Position numbers and translations under genes: made by a program. DNA of 64,000 bases from assembly GCF_035084215.1 (NCBI RefSeq), contig NC_090352.1:17670001-17734000 (forward strand). Reading direction: 5' to 3'. The stretch's first letter is position 1. The number at the start of each line of letters is the position of its first letter. Positions 1-13,389 of this stretch are shown piece by piece. This DNA is from Heptranchias perlo. Its lineage: Eukaryota. Under the pieces are notes generated by a model, which was given only the letters and a program-made list of their open reading frames with translations, searched no databases and was not told the DNA's origin.

Positions 1-58
1 CGATGGGCCGAATGGCCTCCTTCCGTGCTGTAACCTTTCTATGATTGTATGATTCTAA
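1..58 (+). mobile_element. CR1 LINE 3' tail
   Basis: gggccgaatggcctcctt...ctatgatt repeats; the same tail ends other CR1 copies in the window (e.g. near 21322). Confidence 0.7.
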
Positions 59-99
59 GTGCTTCCACCCACCAACCAATTTCTTACATCTAGGCACTG

Positions 100-365
100 A
101 AGATGGGAACAACACCACCTGCACATTCCCCTCCAAGTCACACACCATCCCGACTTGGAAATATATCGCCGTTCCTTCATTGTCGCTGGGTCAAAATCCT
201 GGAACTCCCTTCCTAACAGCACTGTGGGAGAACCTTCACCACACGGACTGCAGCGGTTCAAGAAGGCGGCTCACCACCACCTTCTCGAGGGCAATTAGGG
301 ATGGGCAATAAATGCTGGCCTCGCCAGCGACGCCCACATCCCGTGAACGAATAAAAAAAAATAAA
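100..365 (+). mobile_element. 3' end of second RT-LINE family (same family as 19483-20917)
   Basis: Closely matches 20660-20917 (...ctccaagtcacacaccatc...gggcaattagggatgggcaataaatgctgg...); ends in an A-rich tail. Confidence 0.85.
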
Positions 366-1039
366 ATGAAAACCTGGCCTCTCTGTGTACCTATCAAACA
401 TTACTTTGCGTTTCTCCTGCTGTTTGAAGACAGAGAATCTGCTACTACAACAAAAATATTAGGGGTCATTTTACAAATTGTAATGGATGGTGAATCCTGC
501 AATGCCCAGTGAGCTCTTCACCCGAATTCCTGATGTGTGCACCTGGTGGGGGAGCTCTGTGGCAGAAAGGTAAATTCTTCAAAATTGGCATATATTTGGA
601 AAGACTCTAGGGCTGCACATTTACTGGTGGAATCTCAGCATTTGGGCATCAGCCCTTAAGTCCTTGGAAGAGACCCATGCAGGCTCATTCTCCAATGAGC
701 ATCTTAGCATCCAACCATATTTTGAATAATGCGAATGTACTTTTTTACCTTTACCGCCCTCTCTGGCAGATTATTACAAACATTTAACTCTTTCAGGTAG
801 AGTTACAGCAGAACGAGTGTTAACAGGGAGGAATTTGTGGTGTGTGCTCTTGTGCGTTGCTTGCCATATTTTCTGCTACCCTCATGCTTCAGATGTATTT
901 ACAGGTCGTAATGCATCAAGTGGCTCTTTCTGAAGTGAAGTAAGTATTCCTGGAAATCTTCATCTAGAGAAGGCACTAGTAGGATGTCACCCATCAGAGC
1001 AAGTTCTGCAGCTAAACTTAATGACTTTTGATGCCATTT

Positions 1040-2060
1040 GCTCACACCATCTTAGGCAGTCTCAAAAGGCTGAAGACCAATAGATTCTCAGGGACAGTAG
1101 ATATCCAAAGATACTAAATGAGATTCAGGACAAAATCTATGAAGTACCAAGAGTCACCATCAGGAGTCAATAAATACGTTCCCATTGGATTGGAAACAAA
1201 CCAATACAGTAGCTGTTTTCAAAAAAAGGCAAAAGAACAAACTTAGGTAACTACAGGCCAATTAACCTTACACCAATAACTGGCAAAATATTGGAATCAA
1301 TCATTAAGAATGAACTTGAGGTGTACCTATATGAAAGAAAGAGATCAACACAGTGTCAGAAGGGAGAGATTATGCCACATCAACCTTGATTTTTTTGAAT
1401 AAATTACATTGTATTGGGCATTGGAAAGCCTTGTATATCTATACTCCCAGAAAACCTTTGATAAAGTTTCGCATGAAAAGCAGTTGCACTTTGGAGCATT
1501 TTTAATAACTTTCTTCCTGCTACTTATGTACCTTTTGTACATGCCTTACAAAATATTTTTGGAGGATGTCGATTTGTCCTTGAGTAATTTCTCCCTTCCC
1601 CAGTCTATGCTACTCAGCTGACTCTTCGCACCCTAAGATTTGCCTATTCGAAGTTGTACAATAAAGTTTCACTATATGCCACTAGGGGTTCCAAGTTATT
1701 GTGCTATGGTCATTATTGCCTGCTGGTTTGGCTACTTCTACTCATTGAATAGTGTCTGGATCACTCACGAGTTAAGTCTAGGACAGAACCCGTTCTTGTG
1801 GGATTCCTGAGGCACGGAGTTAGGAAGCAGTCATGCACTAAACTGACAAGCTCAGAGACCTCCCACTTACTATCCCCAATTGTGTTATGCTCATATAGTT
1901 GTGTTTTATGAAATATTACTTTTATGAAAATATTACTGTTCTCCCACTTTGCCATGCTATCTAGGAAATCGCCAAGCAAGACACAAAGACAAGGATGGTC
2001 AGAAGATAAATCATTGGCACTATTTTTATGCACCCTCAGTGACTGGCTCAAAACAGCATG
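1040..2060. mobile_element. Old, rearranged CR1: RT segment on + (1040-1485), endonuclease/linker segment on - (1490-2060)
   Basis: + strand gives GNYRPINLTPITGKILESII...FDKVSHEK; - strand gives VLLGDF...VHDCFLTPCLRNPTRTGSVLDL. Many stops. Confidence 0.65.
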
Positions 2061-2689
2061 GCTGAGGCACAGGGGCACGTCATCGCCCTACATCTCTCAG
2101 CTGAAGAACGGTAGGGACTAAAAGGTGGCTTGAAAGTTTCAGGAGACCTAAAAGATCAAAAACTCGCCATAGGGGTCTCCAACGTACAAACTGATCTCTT
2201 AACCATTCCAGGGCAGAGCTGCATTAGCAGAAACCTTTTAAAAGATGATTGTGGCAAGCAACGTGTTCTCTTAATCCAATTTTTTACCATTAATCAAATA
2301 CCACACAGGGAATTCATTGGTGCTTCAGAAATTAGCCACATTTCCTTTGAATGAACATTCACGTGAAACATTTTCTTCTGTCCAAAATTTCTTCTTAAAT
2401 CCAATTTTTGGAACAATCCATTGTCTTGAGCATTTAACTACTGTTTCAGTAAAAATATATGAAAAGAAAGGTGATAAAAAAGCATCAGGCCCATCAATGC
2501 TCATCCTTTCCATTAAATAGTGCACCTCATGGACCACCACCAAATGCTGGTAATGCGTTCTCCTAGGGGAGGCAAATATGAGGGAAAAAAACACCTTTTG
2601 CCAATCTCAGGAAACCTGAGAAATTCCTCCCTGATTCCCTGTGGCAATCAAACCAGTTCAAGGCCACCATGGTTATCAAGGCATAGCAC

Positions 2690-3560
2690 ATAGAAATACA
2701 TAGAAGTTACAACATGGAAACAGGCCATTCGGCCCAATCAGTCTGTGTACGCATTTACCTCCCACACGTACAAATAGTCCTAATCACATTTACTTACCCT
2801 GTTCCTGTATCCCTTCATCCTGAAATATACATAAAATAATCCCCCCCACCCCTGCTCCAACATGTCCCAAATTGCTTAGAAACACAGACTATGCTAGACC
2901 AGAAATAACCATTTCCATCCATCGAGCTGATCCCAAAGATCCGTCTTCATACCCCACTTTATCTCTGACGCCTCTCAATAGCTTGCCAAAAATGTATTCA
3001 TCACCCTCTTAAAATTTATAATATTCTCTCCTTCTACTATTTCACATGTTTAGCGCACCTGTGTGAAGTTATATATTAATTGTGTATTCACCTTTTCTCA
3101 TTTATGTATGAATTCATATCTCTTTTCCTGGAGCTTGTGTTAATAGTGACCATCATTCTGGGATCCAGTTTACCGATTACTCTTGAAGATTTTAAATACC
3201 TCAGTAATGTTACCTATAAGCTGCCTCTTGTTTCCCCAATGTCAACATCCCTGGTAGACTTAGTTTTTCCCAAGCTCAGCTGTCCAATCCCATTTATTCA
3301 GCTTAGGGCCCTTCTTGGTACTCTCTTCAATGCCAGGATGTCCCACTCTATGGTCCAGTGCCCAGAACTCTATATAATATTCCAGGTGGGACAGACTATG
3401 GTTTTTAGAAGCTAACTATCACCACCTGGAATTGTGCTTTATCCTCTGAACCATACATTTTAAATTGTTCTGTATGGAATAATTTCTGTTTGTCTCAAAC
3501 TCCTGTCCAGTTGTTCAAAATTAGTCATTGCTGTCTCTTTCCACCACCAAATGTGATTCA
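2690..3560 (-). mobile_element. CR1 3' tail (2690-2822) followed by an older degenerate CR1 RT C-terminal fragment
   Basis: catagaaatacatagaag...caggccattcggccc tail; downstream gtgcccagaact...tattccaggtggg is the reverse of the RPHLEY-QFW motif. Confidence 0.6.
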
Positions 3561-4426
3561 GGATCATTAACAATGCAGAGCACAGCTCTTTTGTCACTTC
3601 TAACAAGATAAAAACTCCCTTGCTGTCAACAAACAGGTCCCTAGTTGTGGTGATGGGATGGCACTGGCAAGTAAAGCAATGGGGAACCCTCAACCCAGTT
3701 ATTCACCTTTCCCACTGACAGGGGAGTACATGGGTTGAAAATCCCTTAAGAGGACAGGGAAGGTATTGGTTTTAAAAGTAATATATCCGTTTTTGTAAAC
3801 TAACGAGTGATGCTGTTTCATTAAAAGTCTGTAATGTTCACTGCTCTTTGGACATCTACTTACCAGCCTGCACTAAACTCCACATGGGCATCAAAGAACC
3901 CTGTGATTTGTGCTGTTGCAGCTTTCCATCCCTGGACTCGGGCTCGGATCAGGCCTTCACGTTTTTCATTCCGCACCATCTTCACCAGGCCAGGGTATCG
4001 CTTGTGAACATATTCTTCCAGCGGGGCCTTTAGTTCTTCTATAGCACGATAAAAACACAGAAAACATAGCCCAAATCAAAGGACACCAATAGATAGAGGA
4101 TTGTTTTAAAAATCTGAATTTCCATATGCTGTTCACCAGCAGATTTCCTGGGTAAGCTAATTAGCATATGAACTGCTGTAAGTACTGGCAAAATTCACAT
4201 GTAAAATCAGTGTAAGCAGCTGAACCCCCAGGAAACTTGTGCAATAATAGTGTAAAGTTACTCTGCAGACTCCAGTTTTCAGCATAAACCTGGCAGTATT
4301 TCCTTTCTCAGTTCTGCTCAAATCTCCCCACATCTATAACCCACAGCTTTATTCTATGTTGGCAGCAGGATGGCAATGCAGGCGGCATCTGTACCCAATG
4401 GACAAGCAGGCAGAAGAGGTGGAAGA

Positions 4427-5040
4427 AGAAGAACGGTGAACTTCTCGGAGGAGAACTTTGATGCGTTTTAGACAAGGTAGAGGAGAAGAGGCACAGTCTC
4501 TTGGGTCACTAAGCCTGGCAGAGCAGTCAGCCATGCCGCCTGGAGGGAGGCACTGGCACTCTCTCCCAACTCCCTCACTCTCAGGACCGTAGAGTAGTAC
4601 AGGAAAAAATGCAAAAATCTCACCAGATGTGGCAAGGTAAGACACTCACAGTGGTATTTCTTTCTTCCTTGCTCACCCTGGGCATCACCACAGTCTTCAC
4701 CGTAATAAAGCAATATGCACACTGATTAGCCTTCGCACTGCACTTTGGTTAAGGACACCTACTAACTCCCTAGCCTGCACAATTGCTACACACCTTCCCT
4801 AACACATAAAAACTGATTTGCGCAACCCCATAAATACCTTCCTTCCCTCTCACATCTTCACACCCCCACATCTCTCACTTCACCTCTCCCATCATACTTG
4901 CCGCACACTCCTCCACTGCAAGCCTTACTCTTATCTACTCATGTTGTTGCAGGAGAAGTTGGCCACAACGCAAGGCACTGGAGAGGGCATCCCAACACTG
5001 TGCCCACTCATCTCCCATGAGGAGAAGGCCATGGAACATC
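4427..5040 (+). pseudogene. Harbinger-type Myb/SANT-like gene relic (exon 1, intron, exon 2)
   Basis: RRTVNFSEENFDA..DKVEEKRHSLLG..HAAWREA..RTVE*YRKKCKNLTRCGK then donor GTAAG at 4637; acceptor ttgcAG|GAGAAG at 4953 giving [24 protein letters not shown]. Parallels the gene at 57191. Confidence 0.65.
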
Positions 5041-5146
5041 CAATGTGTTCCGCAAATGCTTTCACAGACCTCCAGAAGCATACAGATGGACAAAAGGTCA
5101 GGCAGGCATGCAGCTTTTCTACTACATGTTTTGAAGCTTACTGTAC

Positions 5147-5313
5147 CATCATCACTATTGTCATCCACAAGGATAATCTCTTTCAGTAGATGGGCTGGCG
5201 TGTGATTCACTGCACTGTGCACAGATCGGAGGATGACTGACAGAGCTTCATTCACAAAGATGAAAATGAGGGAAATCTGCGGCAGGTTCTTGGGGTAGCT
5301 CAATTCTTTGCAT
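5147..5313 (-). CDS. GALNT17: GALNT17 coding exon 3 (start of the GT-A catalytic domain)
   Basis: Translates (R)[55 protein letters not shown]. Acceptor ttcctcAG|A, donor G|GTACAG; 167 bp. Phase 2 start completes the AG left by exon 2 (AG+A = Arg). Confidence 0.93.
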
Positions 5314-7719
5314 CTGAGGAACAGAAAATTTAAATTAAGCCTCTCGATCTTTTTATAGCATCACCCGCACAGTCACAAGGATGTCAACTATCTATAAATA
5401 TGATGTTACACAGCAAGCAGAGGAATTTGCATTTCATGAGATACTTAGGTCTTTCTTTTAGAGCCCAATTATCTAAATTGTAATATTCATATTTTGCAAG
5501 TTGTGAAAGGCAAGTGAGATATTTCACATTCCTAACATTTCATATGGCTAATCCAATTGCATTATACTGCAGGTAAGCAGAAATTTAACGTGAACAGATT
5601 TTAGCAATTCATTACAAATCACCGTAAGGGATGAGTTATATAGATTAAATTATTGGATTAAGATAAAACTGAAAAAAGCATTGTAGAAAAAGACAATTCA
5701 CCCTTTTAAATGACTTCCGTAAGGGGAAAGAAAGACCGAGCAAGGGAGGGGGAAAGTAGCCAGACTCAGCAAAATGTCAACGAGTGAAGCGTTTCAAAGA
5801 CTCGGGATGATTCATGAATGAATGACTTTATATTCCATGAGAATTTTGAGGTTTTAATGAGTCAGGGCTTTTCATTTAATCCCGTACATGATTCCAAGTG
5901 ATGGACAGCTCAAGTACCAGTTTCGCACGATTTGCCATTTATGAAGCACCATCATTGTCTGTATGTCAGAAATGCTGGGTTTACAGGTGAATGGGAGCAC
6001 ATATTGCAGACACAAATATACTGTGCAAATCGAACGTTTCGGTGATAATCTGGGTGATTTTTTTTTATCAAACATTTCCAAAATACTGTGGGTTGCAATA
6101 TGAAAAATACTTTTCACTGGACAAAAGCCACAGAAAATAGACAGTGAATAAAAATAACCTTTTGCTGAGAAGAATCCACATGAGCCACACATTGAAAGAA
6201 ACATGTATTAAATGCATTTTAAATTTACAATTTACTGGTGGGTAGATGAATGGATTTGTCTCTATTTTTACCTCAACATGATGCTCAGACATATAAACTA
6301 TGAGAACATGTCATTTTTAAGATCTTTTACGCTGGTTCAAGATTGAATTCGCCCAGATCAGGCCCCGCCTGCAAAACTGGCCACGCCCCCAGGTCAGCAT
6401 TGCGAGTTTCTGCCGATTGCTCTGCACTCACTTTCTGAGGCGTGCAGGCACTAGCAGGCAAGTTTTTAAAGTTCTTGCCCATCAAAAAATATTAAATTTA
6501 TTAAGAAACTGACCAGTGTACACCAATGAAACCAGTAAATGGTTCAATATAGTTTTTTTTAATTCATTTTCAGTGATTTTAAATCAGGTCACTCACAGAT
6601 GGAAGCCTGGACGCTTTTATTAAAAATGCTTATTTTTTGAGTTAAACCCATTTTTAGGTGTTTAATAGAACTGCACCAGGTTACCACTCCTAAATACAGC
6701 AATGAATATTTTTTAATGGAAAGAAAAAAAATAAACAATTATGTTCCATTACACTGCACGATTGTGCTGGTTCATGGAAGATTTTACATTTGTGATTATG
6801 CAAATACTTGAACTGTAACGTAACCTGTGCAATTTCGGGCATATTTTGTGTGCTATTTCCCAATTACGCCCAAACTTTACTTAAACATGAATAAAGTTAT
6901 TCCTTTTCATTCAGTCTTGGATTACAAAGAACCCAGAATAAATTCCAAACAAGAACTTTACTGAAGTAGTTATACTACATGTCATTCCATTTCTCAAATT
7001 TCATGGAAATTATGTCTCACATTGAAACAGACAGCACTATGAGGAATAAAAAACATTTAATACATGATAGGTTAAAGTTTCTGATTGAGCCTGTTATGGG
7101 GCATCAGCCAGGTGATGTGTCATTAGCATCCAGTCGGCCAGTTATAGTGCTGACCCCACCTGACTGAATATTACCCTGCACATTTACATAACGTGGATGA
7201 GCTCCTAGTTCATGTTGGACTTGGCACTGGGAGCCAGGTTAGGACAGCAGGAGATCACATGTAAGCAACCTATTTTTATTATTTTCTATCCTCTTTACTG
7301 CAGATTATTCATATCTTAGATCACTCTTGGGTCCCAACTCACTGTATCTTCAAGACAGTTCATCCTAGCCTTGGAGCATCACACCTTCAGATCACGGTTT
7401 AAGTTTAAGCCATTAAATACATTTAATGAAAGACAGAAAAGCAAATAAGTAGTCATAAAATATATTTAAATATTCACGTTAGTAATCCTTCCGCCAAATT
7501 TCTGGAGTGGAATAACAATAAAAGGAAATATTAAGCCAAACTTTTGTGAAAAAAATGTTGAAATTTTCTTCTTGAATTTCTTACCACTATGGGAGCTTAC
7601 ATTAATATAAACGATTCCTTGCAAATGTCAACCCCATTTTCTGTCCCTCAAAGTGTTTCAATTTGTTCTCTCAGCTCTATTCAAACTGACTCCTCAATTC
7701 AAACAGAATGGCTTTGTTT

Positions 7720-8431
7720 TCATTCTTTCATGGGATGTGGGCATCGCTGGCAAGGCCAGCATTTATTGCCCATTCCCAATTGTCCTTGAGAAGGTGGGGG
7801 TGAGCCGCCTTCTTGAACCGCTGCAGTTCATATGGTGAAGGATCTCCCACAGCGCTGTTAGGTAGGGAGTTCCAGGATTTTGACCCAGCAACAAGGAAGG
7901 AACAGCAATATATTTCCAAGTCAGGATGGTGTGCGACTTGGAGGGGAACGTGCAGTCGGTGGTGTTCCCATGCGTCTGCTGCCCTTGTCCTTCTAGATGG
8001 TAGAGGTCATGAGTTTGGGAGATGCTGTAGAAGAAGCCTTGGCGAGTTGCTGCAGTGCATCCTGTGGATGGTGCACACTGCAGCCACAGTGCGCCGGTGG
8101 TGAAGGGAGTGAATGTTTAAGGTGGCGGATGGGGTGCCAATCAAACGGGCTGCTATGTCCTGGATGGTGTCGAGCTTCTTGAGTGTTGTTGGAGCTGCAC
8201 TCATCCAGGCAAGTGGAGAGTATTCCATCACACTCCTGACTTGTGCCTTGTAGATGGTGGAAAGGCTTTGGGGAGTCAGGAGGTGAGTCACTCACCGCAG
8301 AATACCCAGCCTCTGAGCTGCTCTTGTAGCCACTGTATTTATGTGGCTGGTCCAGTTAAGTTTCTGGTCAATGGTGACCTTCAGGATGTTGATGGTGGGG
8401 GATTCGGCGATGGTAATGCCATTGAATATCA
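7720..8431 (-). mobile_element. RT-LINE (second family), 3' fragment, copy 1
   Basis: THLLTPQSLSTIYKAQVRSVMEYSPLAW...LHHRRTVAAVCTIHRMHCSN, the same as ORF 20003-20722. Confidence 0.9.
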
Positions 8432-8967
8432 TTTTTTTTTATTCGTTCATGGGATGTGGGCGTCGCTGGCAAGGCTAGCATTTATTGCCCATCCCTAATT
8501 GCCCTTGAGAAGGTGGTGGTGAGCTGCCTTCTTGAACCGCTGCAGTCCATTTGGTGAAGGTTCTCCCACAGTGCTGTTAGGTAGGGAGTTCCAGGATTTT
8601 GACCCAGCGACGTGGAAGCAACGGCGATATATTTCCAAGACGGGATGGTGTGTGACTTGGAGGGGAACGTGCAGGTGGTGTTGTTCCCATGTGTCTGCTG
8701 TCCTTGTCCTTCTAGGTGGTAGAGGTCGTGGGTTTGGGAGGTGCTGTCGAAGAAGCCTTGGCGTGTTGCTGCAGTGCATCCTGTAGATGGTACACACTGC
8801 AGCCATGGTGCATCGGTGGTGCAGGGAGTGAATGTTTAGGATGGTGGATGGGGTGCCAATCAAGCGGGCTGCTTTGTCAATGGTGACCCCCAGGATGTTG
8901 ATGGTGGGGGGTTCGGCGATGGTAATGCCATTGAATATCATGGCGACGTGGTTAGACTCTCTCTTTT
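8432..8967 (-). mobile_element. RT-LINE (second family), 3' fragment, copy 2, internally deleted and abutting copy 1
   Basis: ORF 8495-8977 joins INILGVTID directly to KAARLIGTP; its poly-T tail at 8432 directly follows copy 1. Confidence 0.9.
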
Positions 8968-10029
8968 CATGTCCCAAAAAGAGCTACCAGGACATCCTGG
9001 AATACGACTATCTGGCCACTCAAATTTAGTCACATACAAAATAAACCAATCTCACAGGATTGTTTAAGTTTGACTGCACATTCTGCAGAAACAGGCACGA
9101 TCCCAGCACAGCTTGCAGATTTTCAGGCTAATGTGTCTCCTGCTTTCATGATGATTATGACAAATTATTGTCACATATTCTGCAACTCCAATCCTTTTGA
9201 ATTGACTATGAGTCAGTCTGCTTGATCTTACTCAAAGTTTTATATGAAGAGAGATCCAGGAGGTAGTTCCGGTAAGAAGTGCTCAGAGTCGCAGACTGTC
9301 ATTCGGAAGGTATTTATTTGAGTCCCTGGATGATGGTGCCCTTTCAACCCTGGTTTGGTCCTCAGATTATTTCACTCACTAGCCAGGAAACCATGTGGAA
9401 AGTTGCAGTTGCTATGTTTATGAGCCTCTGTATACTTATGGATGTTCTTTATTTGTAATTTGTGAAAAGGTAAATAAAAAACATGAATTAAAAAAGAAAT
9501 TTAGACGTCTACTCTATAAACATGTGTATCTTGGCTAAAATCCCCATAGCTGAGTATTTTGTTTTGTGTTAGATGTTTTTACACATGTGAACTAACTTAT
9601 AATTATTCATTGTTACTGTGTACAAATTAATATATAGGCCAAAAATGCACCCCCAGTGCATTGGTAGTGGTACGACTGCTCTTTGGGTGTTGTGCATGTC
9701 TGAAGAGCTGTGAGATGAACTTGCACTATAATGTGAGGTCAGCTCACTTATTGTGCTCCCATGCAGTGTATATGATGGGAACTCGAGAGTGTCATGAGGT
9801 GGGTTATAAAGAGCCAGCGGTTCTTACAGGTGGTTGGAACTGGTTTCAATCTGTATTATTCACCGTATTTACCGATCAGCAACAGTTCACAGGCTGGCGC
9901 ACATCTGTATGTAAAATAACATTTTGAGATATATCCTGTCACACATGTCACACACTTAAAAAAAAGAAAAAGCCAGTCACTGTGCCACATTTTAAAAAAA
10001 GCCAGGATGGATCTACCACCAATTACTTG

Positions 10030-10560
10030 CATTTATAAAGTAAACCAAGATGCCTCACAGAGACATAAGGAAAAAATGATGCAGAGCCAAAGAAACAGAG
10101 ATTAGATGGGGTGACCAAACACTTGGACAAAGAGGTGAGCTTTAAGGAAGGTCATAAAGAAGAAGAGGGAAGTGGAACGCAGAGGGGTTTAGGAAGGGAA
10201 TTCTAGAACATGAGGCCTAGTTGGATAAATGCACAGCCAACAATGGTGGGGCAAAGGACGGGGATGCACAAGAGGGTACAGTTAGAGAAATGGAATGTGC
10301 AGGAAGGGTTATAGGGTGGGAGAAGGTTAGAGAGACTGGGATAAATGAGGCCACAAGCATAAGGATTTTAAAATTGAGACTTGAGGGATGTGGAAGCAAT
10401 GTCGATTAGTGAAGGAGGCGGTGTGATGGGTGAGCCAGGTGGTGGTGTGGGATATGATACAGGAAGCAGAGCTTAGGGCAGAGTCAGAGCTGAAATTTAG
10501 GAGGGGTATCGGCCTTGGTAGGATTGGAATAGGCAAATCTGACAAACGCATCAATGAGGG
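10030..10560 (-). mobile_element. L2-like LINE 3' fragment
   Basis: Reverse-complement similarity to 39395-39935 (aaagaggtg..ttttaagga..ggggtttagg.agggaattc). Confidence 0.6.
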
Positions 10561-10799
10561 AATGGGCTGAGGAGAACGAGCCTCCAACTGGCCTCAGAAT
10601 GCACTGAAATTAAAGGGGCACATCAAGTTTTACACAGCTGTATGTTTGTACTGGAACAATACAAGAACAGAAAATGCCGGAAACACACATCTATGGAGAG
10701 AACGGATAACTCACTCTGTCCAGACCTTCCTTCAAAACTCAAGAATAATACGTTGTGCATTACATGATATCATGTCCTTATAAATCAGCATATCTTCTG

Positions 10800-11070
10800 A
10801 CTTGACCCCACCATTGGCGGCCATGCCTTCAGCCATCTCGGCCCTAAGCTCTGGAATTCCCTCCGCAGACCTCTTCGCCTCACCTCCTCTCTCTCCTCCT
10901 TTAAGACTCTGCTTAAAACCTACCCCTTTGACCAAGCATTTAGTCGCCTGCCCGAATGCCTCCTTCTTTGGCTCGGTGTCATTTTTTGTCTGATTATGGT
11001 CCTGTGAGGTGTCTTGAAATGACTTACTACATTAAAGCTGCTATATCAATGCAAGTTGGTTTTGTTGTTA
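10800..11070 (+). mobile_element. L2-like LINE 3' end
   Basis: gccttcagc..ggccctaagctctggaattccctcc..ctatatcaatgcaagttg..ttgttg tail, shared with 39700-39935. Confidence 0.7.
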
Positions 11071-13389
11071 ACTTACCAGAAGCAATAATACAGGAGTTAC
11101 ACTTGGATATAAAGGTGTCAATGTAAGCTAGTCTGTAAACTGCTGTTGGAGGGTGAAAACTGAAAAGCTGTGTCACGTTCTGTAGTCCTGCGACAATATT
11201 GGACACTATAGGGTAAATATTGCGATGCTCCTTGTGGCCAGCAGGGCCTCGCATAATTACAGGCCAATGCATTGTGATAATGTGACAGGCGCTGGGTATA
11301 AGAGCCTGCTGGTAGTGAGTGGCTGCACAAAATTTAGCCTTAAATCTCATTTTGACTCTGTTCTGTCAATGGATCTAAATATTAGCCTGGAAATAATGTG
11401 AAGGTCATTCAGCATGGGGCCAAATCAATCCTCAAAAAGCAAAAGTAATTCTAAAATAATATTAGAAAAAGTGCTAGAAACCAAACCAGCACATTAAAGA
11501 TGTCAAGAACATTATCATCATGAGTTATGAGGTAGCTCAGCTGTGGAATGGACCCACTTCAGACTTCACACTTTGCTAATTGGTTCATAAAAGAGGAGGG
11601 GGGAGTAATCAGAACTCTAACCAAGGGCATTGAGGATAATCTACCAATAAAACAAAAAGTCAGAGTTGAAATAATCGAATCAGTCAAAATACATCTTCAA
11701 AATTTTTCAGCTGCCGTTTTTTTCTTCAGCCAGCCAACTACACACCGATAAGAAAATGTTACAAGTAATGTTTGTAACATACTCAGCTTGTCACACTCTG
11801 AGCTTGTGCACTGTGGGAAATCTCTCAGCAGGCATCAGTATGATTCTCTCGAACAGTCTGCACAACAACTCAAAGCTGGTCTTTTCTTAGGCTACAACAG
11901 TAATTATTCATCAACTTGTTTTTCCAAATTTTTGATACAAAACTATTTCAAAGTGCTTAGTTTTACTTCAGAGACAGGCTAGCTTAGAGAGAGGGAAGCT
12001 GGACAAGAAACAAAGGAAGACAGAAAGAGACACACATACACACGTGTGAGAACATGTGAAAAGCACGGAAGGTGGGGGGAAGTCAGGTAGAAATGGAAAC
12101 ATGAAAAAGTGGCAAGGGGCAAGAGGCTCCTATATCCCAGCAGCTTGGGAGAAGGAAAAAGCAAGGCGACATGGAGAGTGCAGACCATCTCACTAGCAGT
12201 GTTCTGACAGAGGGTCCCCACCCCAAGAACCAACCTGTTCTGTTTCCCCCCTTCACCCTGAATTTTGCAGCAGCATGGGACAGGTGAGTACTGGAGATGT
12301 CCTTTAATGGTGCCAGTGCCCACTGGCCCCATGTAAATTAGGTGGCACCAGAATGATCCTATAAAATCTAGCAGAGTCAGTGCTGAGGACATACCAGGCA
12401 TTACTGCCATGATTGTGGTCCATCGATGTTTATGGCCATTGTTTGAAAACAAATCAATATTGGCAAGAATTACTATTGCGGCCTTAACAGCTCTACACTG
12501 TAATGTTAATACAGCACTCTACTAAACTCTAAACAAGAACATTCTAAATAAAAGGAAACAAATTAAATAGGCATTAATACAGCAGGGGGATATAACCCAG
12601 CCTTACATTGAGAAAAGCTGTGAATAAATATTATGAGGAAAATAGAGACAGTTTTTGCTCATTAACTAAAATGCACAGGAATCACAAATAGTTGTTCAAA
12701 ATGCTACGACTAGCTTAGCGTACGAGACCCAATTTACACAATATTAGCTAAGTTCAACATTTACAACCTTGCTTTCCATTGATCTATGCAAGAAAATGAT
12801 ACAAAGACTTTTTCGTTCTTGAAGGCACCTTCAAAGGAAACTGGTAGCAGCAGCACATCATCAACAGCAAACTGCTTAAAACATAAAACATCACCATCCA
12901 CAGAAAAAATTGCTGGCTCAAAGTCAAAGTGACCTTGGTTTAAATTCATCCTACTCTGTCAATTCTTGCAAATTTCTTGCTATTCTGTCAGAGGTAGACG
13001 TTATTTGGATATTTCTGGGTCTTTCCCCCACATAGACACACACATTATTTGCATCAGATCACTGCTAGCGCTAGCCCTCCCCTAAATTCAGTGAAAATCA
13101 TCATTAAGATTATCTAAATTTAATGTGTCAACTCTAGTGTGCATAATGATGCTTCATAGGCTGGTCTTCTGCATTTGGGTAAGGGCTGGATTTTGTATAC
13201 TCACCAACTCCTCCATCAAAAGAACAGGACAGTCAGTCCCGCGAGATCTTTCTGGATGGCATCGATGCTGATTCTTGATAGACCAACCAGCAAGCTTTCA
13301 CTTCTCCCCACACATAACTTGGATAATGGTTAAAATTCTCCTTCTTGGGAAAGTTCTTGAGTGAGATACATCCTGTTCTATCCTAGTTA

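Noticed and set aside
4935-5146. C-terminal extension of ORF 4935-5303
   Set aside because: Intron read-through past the exon 3 donor; GALNT similarity stops at DDNSDD.
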